Source: Candidatus Sericytochromatia bacterium (lineage in GTDB: Bacteria; Cyanobacteriota; Sericytochromatia; S15B-MN24; JAQBPE01). From it: 64,000 nt of DNA. The notes under the pieces are model-generated. The model was not told where the DNA came from, made no database searches, and was given only the letters and a program-made list of their open reading frames with translations. A program made the translations under genes and the position numbers. Position 1 is the stretch's first letter, and every line of letters starts with the position of its first letter. Shown piece after piece: positions 57,146 through 64,000 of the stretch. The stretch lies in NCBI GenBank assembly GCA_040400605.1, contig JBBAPZ010000001.1, forward strand, positions 59,981-123,980, read 5' to 3'.

Positions 57146-57913
57146 TCAGTCATTGTAAACGAGAACCACCGTGATATTGTCGGAACCCCCACGCTCCAAC
57201 GCCAAATTGACGAGCTCTTGGCAGGTTGCCTGAGGATCCGCAGAGTTGAGCAAGGCTTGAAGCATCTCGTCATCTGAAACCAGTCCCGACAAGCCGTCAC
57301 TGCAAATCAGCAACCGATCTCCGCCGCGCAACTCGCGTTGCTGGGTATCCGCTTCAACATCTGCTTGCATGCCCAAACACCGTGTGATCACGTTGCGATA
57401 TGGATGCCGGGCGGCCTCTTGGGGAGTGATCGCTCGCGCGCGAACCAATTGCGCAACGATCGAATGATCATCCGTAATCTGATCGATGCGGCGGTTCCGA
57501 ACCAAATAGGCGCGCGAGTCTCCCACGTGTCCCACGTACAACTGATCGGACCGCGTCATCACAACGGTCGCAGTTGTACCCATGCCACGCATGGACGCGT
57601 CCTCCAACGAGGATTGAATGATTTCACGATTCGCCTCTTGAATCGAGGCTTGCAATACCCCAAGAAGCGATCCGCCGTATTCGCCATCATTGATTGAAAG
57701 CAACCGGTCACGAATGATCTGCACCGCTGTCTGGCTGGCTTTCTCACCAGCCGCATGCCCCCCCATGCCATCAGCGACAATAAAGACACCCCGTTCCGGC
57801 ACCACCGCGTAACAGTCCTGATTAATCTCGCGAACTTTTCCGATGTCCGTCAAGCTACCTACGCGCAAAGGTTGCCGCCTTTCCTGAGTCTCATGATAAA
57901 GACCTAAAACCAT
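57146..57913 (-). CDS. PP2C-family Ser/Thr phosphatase
   Basis: GKVREINQD, VADGMGGH, GMGTT, VGDSRAY, CSDGL, GGSDNIT. Confidence 0.94.
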   Translation of the reverse strand: MVLGLYHETQERRQPLRVGSLTDIGKVREINQDCYAVVPERGVFIVADGMGGHAAGEKASQTAVQIIRDRLLSINDGEYGGSLLGVLQASIQEANREIIQSSLEDASMRGMGTTATVVMTRSDQLYVGHVGDSRAYLVRNRRIDQITDDHSIVAQLVRARAITPQEAARHPYRNVITRCLGMQADVEADTQQRELRGGDRLLICSDGLSGLVSDDEMLQALLNSADPQATCQELVNLALERGGSDNITVVLVYND

Positions 57914-57964
57914 CTGTGTGATAACGTCAGGGCTGTTGGCATAGATACCCGCTTTCGCCCCGTT

Positions 57965-58300
57965 CTAACGATAACTCGAACGATACTGCAAAGCTGTGAT
58001 CAATTGATCAGCGCCAACAATTCCCAACTCAAACATCACCGTCGCAAGCGACTCCCCCGTTTGTACCTGACGCTCTAACACTTTCGCGAGTTTGGCTTGG
58101 TCCAAAACTCCCTGCTCCAGTAAAATAGCTGCCAACAAAGGTACATGATCCGGCACCAAGGCTTGAACCTCGTCCCGATAGCTTTCAAAACCATTGGAAG
58201 GAATATCTTCATTCAGTTCCGGTTCTTGCGATACCGCATAACGCTTGCGCGATCCTCCCGCGGTATCTCTGTCACGCCCATCTCCCGTCACCTGCATCAC
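57965..58300 (-). CDS. Small protein with a degenerate MshEN-like tandem motif
   Basis: LLAAILLEQGVLDQAKLAKVLERQ-VQTGE-SLATVMFELGIVGADQLITALQYR fits the MshEN spacing, with RLG replaced by LLA and SLA. Confidence 0.7.
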   Translation of the reverse strand: MMQVTGDGRDRDTAGGSRKRYAVSQEPELNEDIPSNGFESYRDEVQALVPDHVPLLAAILLEQGVLDQAKLAKVLERQVQTGESLATVMFELGIVGADQLITALQYRSSYR

Positions 58301-58303
58301 CCC

Positions 58304-60781
58304 TTAAACCGATGCATCCACTTCGAGACACACATCATCGTCATCCGTCATAACCACCGGTGCGACACCCGCAACCCGCTCGTCTTCTCCCAGTTTCTGT
58401 AACCGCGTCCCTTGGGCGCTGCGTCCCGTCTGCCGCACATCCCGCACGCTTTGCCGTATCACCACCCCACTGGAAGTTACAATAATGACCTCATCATTTT
58501 CGTTGACCACCAGAATCGCGGCCACCTTACCCTGTCGGTTTACGTTGAGTTTGACATTGATCAAGCCTAAACCACCACGGCTCTGTAGGCGATACTCTTC
58601 AACAGGCGTCCGCTTACCAAAACCATCCGTCGTCACAACCAAGACATCTGCTGTTGGATCACCAATATCCATGCCGATGACAATATCTTCGGTGCGCAAC
58701 CCAATCGCTTTCACGCCACGCGCCGTCCGCCCCAATGGACGCAACTCCTCCTCCGGAAAGTGAATCGCCATTCCTTCGCGCGTCCCAATCAAAATGCTTT
58801 GCGAACCATCGGTCAAACGCACCCATCCCAAGGCGTCGTCATCATCCAAAGCGACAGCAATCAACCCATTGCGTCGAATATTGCTGAACGCGGACAATTC
58901 CGTCTTTTTAATCACGCCACGACGGGTTAACATCACCAAATACTTGCCATCGTCGTATGACTGCACCGGGATGACCGTCGTGATTTTCTCCTCGCCTGAT
59001 AACTGCAACAAATTGACGATATTGCCGCCTTTGGCCTGTCGTGATGCTTCCGGCAACTCATGGACTTTCAGACGATAGACCACACCCCGATCACTGAAAA
59101 ACAGGACATCTTGATGCGTAGAACCCACGAAGAACTGACGGATAAAGTCATTCTCCCGGGTTGTCATCCCACCGATGCCGCGCCCACCGCGCCGTTGTTT
59201 GGCGAAGGTATCCAACGACAGACGCTTGACGTACCCTTGATCCGTAATAAAAATTGCCATCGGCTCATCTGGAATCAAATCCTCCATCGACAGATCGCCC
59301 GAATCGGCTTCCACACGCGTCCGACGCTCATCCCCGTACTTGTCCCGAATTTGCGTCAACTCCTGTTTGATGACAAGAAGCAGGCGATCGCGGCTATCCA
59401 GGATCTCCCGCAAGCCCGCGATGCGCAAACGCAACTCATCCCGTTCCGTCTCAAGTTTGGCTCGTTCAAGTCCCGTCAAGCGTCGTAGTTGCATATCCAA
59501 AATGGCGTTGGCCTGCAACTCACTCAAACCAAAATGCTCAATCAGGCCGGACCGCGCCTGCTCGATATTGGCTGCCGCCCGAATCAACTTCACCACCGCA
59601 TCCAGATTTTCCTGTGCGGTCAAAAGACCCATAACGATATGCTCGCGATTTTCCGCCTTGCGGAGTTCAAACCGCGTCCGACGGGTGACCACATCAACGC
59701 GGTGATCGATATACGCCTGCAAAATATCACGCAGGTTCATCACGCGTGGGCGATTGCGATCCAACGCCAGAAAAATCATTGAAAAGTTTTGCTGCATCGG
59801 GGTCTGCTTGTACAGGTTGTTCAAAACGACCTGCGGCGACGCATCTCGCTTCAACTCAATAATGCCCCGCATCCCGTCCCGATCACTTTCGTTTCGCAGA
59901 TCAGCAATACCGTCAATCTTTTTGTCCTTCACCAAGTCCGCGATTTTTTCAAACAACGGGTCCAGACCAACCATATAGGGCAATTCCGTAATCACAATCG
60001 ATTGGCGCCCATTGCGTCCGGGCTCAATGTCCGTTTGAGCCCGGACCGTCACACTCCCACGGCCACTCGCATACGCTTCAGCAAATCCTGCCTTGCCCAT
60101 AATGGTTCCACCACTGGGAAAATCCGGGCCCTTGACATACTGGAGCAAATCGGGCGACGTCAAGCTTGGGTCGTCAATCAACGCCACCGTGCCATCAATG
60201 ACCTCTTTGAGGTTGTGAGGTGGAATGTTTGTTGCCATGCCAACAGCAATACCGGTCGACCCATTGACCAACAAATTCGGATAGCGCGCCGGCAAGACCG
60301 TCGGCTCCTCCGTCGTGCCATCAAAATTTGGCGAAAAATCAACCGTATCGGCATCAATGTCTGCCAGCAATTCCCCTGCCAGGCGGCTCATCCGCGCCTC
60401 GGTGTAACGATAGGCTGCAGCCGGGTCACCATCCACCGAACCAAAGTTGCCATGGCCATCAACCAACGGGTAGCGCGAGGCAAATCCCTGTGCCAGACGC
60501 ACCATCGCATCATAAACGGAGCTATCACCGTGAGGATGGTATTTACCCAGCACATCACCGACCACGGTCGCGGACTTTCGATGCTTGCGTTCAGCCGTCA
60601 GATTGTTTTCGTGCATGGAGAACAAAATCCGCCGGTGCACGGGTTTCAATCCGTCACGGACATCCGGTAGCGCGCGACCCACAATCACGCTCATCGCATA
60701 ATCAAGATAAGACTGTTTCAGCTCATCGCGAAGGTTGATCGGGTTGATCTTCTCAAAATGCAAGGGGGGCAATTGTTCCAT
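58304..60781 (-). CDS. gyrA: DNA gyrase subunit A
   Basis: [32 protein letters not shown], GyrA box QRRGGRG, C-terminal pinwheel repeats. Confidence 0.96.
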   Translation of the reverse strand: MEQLPPLHFEKINPINLRDELKQSYLDYAMSVIVGRALPDVRDGLKPVHRRILFSMHENNLTAERKHRKSATVVGDVLGKYHPHGDSSVYDAMVRLAQGFASRYPLVDGHGNFGSVDGDPAAAYRYTEARMSRLAGELLADIDADTVDFSPNFDGTTEEPTVLPARYPNLLVNGSTGIAVGMATNIPPHNLKEVIDGTVALIDDPSLTSPDLLQYVKGPDFPSGGTIMGKAGFAEAYASGRGSVTVRAQTDIEPGRNGRQSIVITELPYMVGLDPLFEKIADLVKDKKIDGIADLRNESDRDGMRGIIELKRDASPQVVLNNLYKQTPMQQNFSMIFLALDRNRPRVMNLRDILQAYIDHRVDVVTRRTRFELRKAENREHIVMGLLTAQENLDAVVKLIRAAANIEQARSGLIEHFGLSELQANAILDMQLRRLTGLERAKLETERDELRLRIAGLREILDSRDRLLLVIKQELTQIRDKYGDERRTRVEADSGDLSMEDLIPDEPMAIFITDQGYVKRLSLDTFAKQRRGGRGIGGMTTRENDFIRQFFVGSTHQDVLFFSDRGVVYRLKVHELPEASRQAKGGNIVNLLQLSGEEKITTVIPVQSYDDGKYLVMLTRRGVIKKTELSAFSNIRRNGLIAVALDDDDALGWVRLTDGSQSILIGTREGMAIHFPEEELRPLGRTARGVKAIGLRTEDIVIGMDIGDPTADVLVVTTDGFGKRTPVEEYRLQSRGGLGLINVKLNVNRQGKVAAILVVNENDEVIIVTSSGVVIRQSVRDVRQTGRSAQGTRLQKLGEDERVAGVAPVVMTDDDDVCLEVDASV

Positions 60782-60877
60782 GAAAGGCTCCAACTCCTAA
60801 TCTTGCCAAAATCATAACACGGAAGGGTTTTATCAGGGCAGCCTTCTTTTATGCCGCTGCGAGGATGCCCCTGACAC

Positions 60878-62500
60878 TCACTTTTCCGCCTTGATGTATG
60901 CATCCAGACGCTTGCGATCGATTTGACACACGGCCAAACGGCCCTGCTCACTTCGGTATACCACCTTGAGTACCTCCGGATAGCGCATGTCAAAATTACG
61001 AATCATACGCGGTGTCACATCAATACTTAAACCCGAAGTCTCAAGCGTTTGCGGAGTGCAAAAAATGTACTGCGCATTTTCAGCGTACATCAACGCGCCA
61101 AAAAGGGCCGGGTTCAAATAACGCCTCGCAGCATCATCATATTGCGTATCCAAGGGTATGTGCACCATCGGGCGGCTAGTGTAAAAAGCAAAGGCCTGAC
61201 CGGACCAACACAAAAACCTGGCGTCTCTCGGCATTTTATCCGCTACAAAGCGGTAAGCGCTGACCCATTCAGATCTGGCCATTTCACGGGACGGGTCAAC
61301 GTCGTATGCAAAATAAGGCAACGTATAAACAGCTGCCCCCAATGCACCCACAACAGCGAGCTGACGCACCGAGGCGGCCACGACGTGCCGCGCAGGCGGC
61401 AACTGGCGCCACACAATCATGGCCGCTGCATAATACATCGGCGCTGCGACGATCAAATAGCGAATATACAAGCCACCCTTGTACATCGGGTAACCGACCT
61501 CCATCATCCAGGCCAGTCCGACCACAAAAAACAGAAACAACCCTGAAACCGGAGCAAGTCGACCATCCCCGCGCAGAATCCATCGTGCGAGACCTAACAA
61601 AACCACACCCGTCACCAAGACGGCTGGTACGAACAACAAGGGGTCATCCCCCGCAAACTGACTGGGCGCGAAGAAGCGCGCAACCCCTTGTGTGAAAAGA
61701 TTCGCAGTCGCCCGGGTCAAATTGAAAAAGAAACTGGCATCCCCTCTCACAAACTCCTGACCAACTTCCGCCACGTAAGTTTCACCACCGGCCAACCAGC
61801 GATAAACAAACCAAGGCGCGGTCGTTATCACCAAGCCCAGACCAGCGAACAAAGCAGGTCGCCAGCGTTTGGTGAGTAACAAGGGCAAGAGTACGGCAAG
61901 CACCAGGCAAACCGCGTAGTAGCGCACCAAAAAAGTCAATCCAACCAGCACACCAACCCAAAGCCAGCGTTTGGTACCCTCTTTTTGCCAGATGTAATCC
62001 GCAACCATCACCGTCGTCAAAGCCATCAGCGCAAACAACACATCCGAAACCAACAGGCTCGTGAAGTAAAGTGTCGATGGATTACAACTGATCAACGCCG
62101 TAAACAAAAAAGCCATCAACGCGGGTACCCCGGCTCGATAGCGCAAAAACACATACGAAACCAGCACAAACAAGGCTCCGATGCCAACTTGAATCCATTG
62201 CATCCGTTGCGCAATCTCAAATGGGTCCGTGATTCCTAAGGCTGCAGGAGCAAGTACCGCCGGAAAGCCAATCGGATAGCGCCGTGCAGGCACAGGCGGA
62301 ATCTGGCTGGTGTCGACATAGCCCAGCCCGTGAGCCAGTGCCCGCGCAAAAGTCGCATAAGCACCATCATCGCGCAGGTCACCAATCAGCCCCGGAATGT
62401 GAAAGGCTGACACGTTCCAAACAAACAACGCTACAAGCGCCAGCACCAAACCCCACTCAACCGCGCGGGCCATTACCAAACCAACCCGATTAAAGCCCAT
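60878..62500 (-). CDS. Multi-TM GT-C type (ArnT/PMT-like) glycosyltransferase
   Basis: DD motif in the first external loop (RDDGAY), YPIGFP, SD motif, IRY, many TM helices and a soluble C-terminal domain. Confidence 0.65.
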   Translation of the reverse strand: MGFNRVGLVMARAVEWGLVLALVALFVWNVSAFHIPGLIGDLRDDGAYATFARALAHGLGYVDTSQIPPVPARRYPIGFPAVLAPAALGITDPFEIAQRMQWIQVGIGALFVLVSYVFLRYRAGVPALMAFLFTALISCNPSTLYFTSLLVSDVLFALMALTTVMVADYIWQKEGTKRWLWVGVLVGLTFLVRYYAVCLVLAVLLPLLLTKRWRPALFAGLGLVITTAPWFVYRWLAGGETYVAEVGQEFVRGDASFFFNLTRATANLFTQGVARFFAPSQFAGDDPLLFVPAVLVTGVVLLGLARWILRGDGRLAPVSGLFLFFVVGLAWMMEVGYPMYKGGLYIRYLIVAAPMYYAAAMIVWRQLPPARHVVAASVRQLAVVGALGAAVYTLPYFAYDVDPSREMARSEWVSAYRFVADKMPRDARFLCWSGQAFAFYTSRPMVHIPLDTQYDDAARRYLNPALFGALMYAENAQYIFCTPQTLETSGLSIDVTPRMIRNFDMRYPEVLKVVYRSEQGRLAVCQIDRKRLDAYIKAEK

Positions 62501-62767
62501 TACACCTGCCTCTGACTCGACACTATCACAAATTTGTGGACCAACTCGTTCCAACACCTTGGGCACAAGCTAAACAGCAATCTCGTTTCAGATGCGGTCA
62601 AACAGCGTGCCAAGGCACTTGACCGATCCGCAACACAACCGCCTTGGTATCAAACGTACCGATTATACCCGGTTTTGATTTCGACGGCGCTTTGGTCTGA
62701 AACAACCCGCGCAATTGATCAACGAGCCCAGGCCTCGCCACCCGTCCAGATGCGCTGACAATGACCC

Positions 62768-64000
62768 TTAAGACAAATGTGACTCAATTTCAACATCTTG
62801 GTGACATGACGCCAGACGATTAAACCAGTCCTTGACCGCTTCGATCGAATCTGCACGTCCACACGGCGGTAACGCCTTGATGATTTGCCGACCGTAACCT
62901 TTGCTCAACAGTCGCGAATCAAGAATGGCCACGACCCCACGATCGCTCGCGGTGCGGATGAGCCGACCGAAACCCTGTTTGAGTCTCAAAATGGCTTCGG
63001 GTAAGGTATACTCCCTGAACCAATCGCGCCCTTGCATTTTCAGACGCTCAACAAATGCCTGGACCACCGGGTCATCCGGAACCGCAAAAGGCAGCCGATC
63101 GATGATGACACACGACAGTGCATCCCCCGGCACATCAACGCCTTCCCAGAATGAACTCGTTGCAAACAGCACCGAGTGCGGCGTATTCTTGAACCACTCA
63201 ATTAAATGCGACCGCGACAAATCACCCTGCTGTCGACACGGATAGGGCAAATTGGGTGCGATCGCTTCATAGGCCGCGTTCATCGCCCGATAACTTGTAA
63301 ACAACACAAACGCGCGACCACCCGACGCCCCCAACAACTCAATAATCGCAGCGTGACTGCTCGCCGCGTAGCGCGAATCACTCGGCTCAGGCAAAGCCGG
63401 CACAAACAGCCGCGCCTGACGCCCATAATCAAAAGGCGAGTGCAACACCGCTTCTTTGGTTTGCAATGGCAATCCCAACTGCTTTCTGAAATACCGAAAG
63501 TCACCATCAACGCTTAATGTCGCCGATGTCAATACAGCCGTCCGTTGACCCCATAACAGGTTCGCCAAATCATGCGCCACATCCAGTGGCGCCGAAAAAA
63601 GCTCGAAATAACCACTGCGTGGATCCCGTTCCACCCAATTCACACGCTCCAGATGCGTCGCATCCCCACAATCCGCAAAAAATTCCCAACGCGCAATCAA
63701 ATGATTCAACTGCTGCGCCAACTTGGGCCGATGCAAAGGCGCCTTAGACCGTACCGCCTGATCCGAAAACAACAAATCATCCACACGACCATTCTCAAGC
63801 CATTCACGCAGATCCCGCAAACCCGCAAGCAAATGCTCCGTAATATCCAAAAAGTCAGAATCCGGATACAAACGAAACTGTGTTTTGTCGTGACGCCAAA
63901 TCCACTCCGCCAAACGACTCTCCACACTGATCAACGCATAAGTCAACGTCTCCGGAGGACTCTGCCAACGGCGCCGAATCTTTTGCATCAACTTCGTCAA
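62768..64000 (-). CDS. dinG: DinG/YoaA-family helicase (C-terminal part; runs off the window)
   Basis: LTSATL, SPFDY, LFTSY, FWEGVDVPG, RLPF, QGFGRLIR. Confidence 0.9.
   Translation of the reverse strand: MTKLMQKIRRRWQSPPETLTYALISVESRLAEWIWRHDKTQFRLYPDSDFLDITEHLLAGLRDLREWLENGRVDDLLFSDQAVRSKAPLHRPKLAQQLNHLIARWEFFADCGDATHLERVNWVERDPRSGYFELFSAPLDVAHDLANLLWGQRTAVLTSATLSVDGDFRYFRKQLGLPLQTKEAVLHSPFDYGRQARLFVPALPEPSDSRYAASSHAAIIELLGASGGRAFVLFTSYRAMNAAYEAIAPNLPYPCRQQGDLSRSHLIEWFKNTPHSVLFATSSFWEGVDVPGDALSCVIIDRLPFAVPDDPVVQAFVERLKMQGRDWFREYTLPEAILRLKQGFGRLIRTASDRGVVAILDSRLLSKGYGRQIIKALPPCGRADSIEAVKDWFNRLASCHQDVEIESHLS

Noticed and set aside
58304..60781. parC instead of gyrA because gyrB is not adjacent
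   Set aside because: An intact GyrA box (QRRGGRG) is present; split gyrA/gyrB is common.
1..64000. CRISPR arrays, tRNA/rRNA genes, transposases, integrases, prophage or defence systems
   Set aside because: No regularly spaced repeats, cloverleaf/rRNA signatures or matching protein motifs were seen.

Overview
A gene-dense chromosomal window of moderately high GC from a diderm bacterium. Cyanobacterial-type RecG N-terminus, PilMNOPQ, a long-leader pilin, an ABC1 kinase and abundant GCGATCGC octamers, together with rny-ymdB-spoVS, an alpha2-type GlyRS and no photosynthesis genes, suggest a non-photosynthetic relative of Cyanobacteria such as Sericytochromatia (inference only). Housekeeping genes: recG, mnmA, glyQS, gyrA, partial dinG and rny. 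Also present: competence genes (comEA/comEC), glcDEF, a partial phenylacetate-type CoA catabolic operon with a lone PaaA-like di-iron subunit, a partial peptide ABC transporter and several secreted lipoproteins. A type IV pilus locus (pilA, PilGHI-like ABC module, pilD, pilMNOPQ) lies directly downstream of a co-oriented signalling module (degenerate standalone MshEN protein, PP2C phosphatase, FHA protein, Ser/Thr kinase-Zn ribbon-NHL propeller). The most interesting items are that phospho-signalling/pilus module, a Sco1 domain fused to a putative outer-membrane beta-barrel, a dispersed ~100-bp intergenic repeat family, two candidate structured RNAs, HIP1-like octamer enrichment, a dif-like palindrome, a protein with a duplicated unknown domain and a monoheme lipoprotein. 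No rRNA, tRNA, CRISPR array or transposase was seen. All annotation is by eye; no database searches were run.
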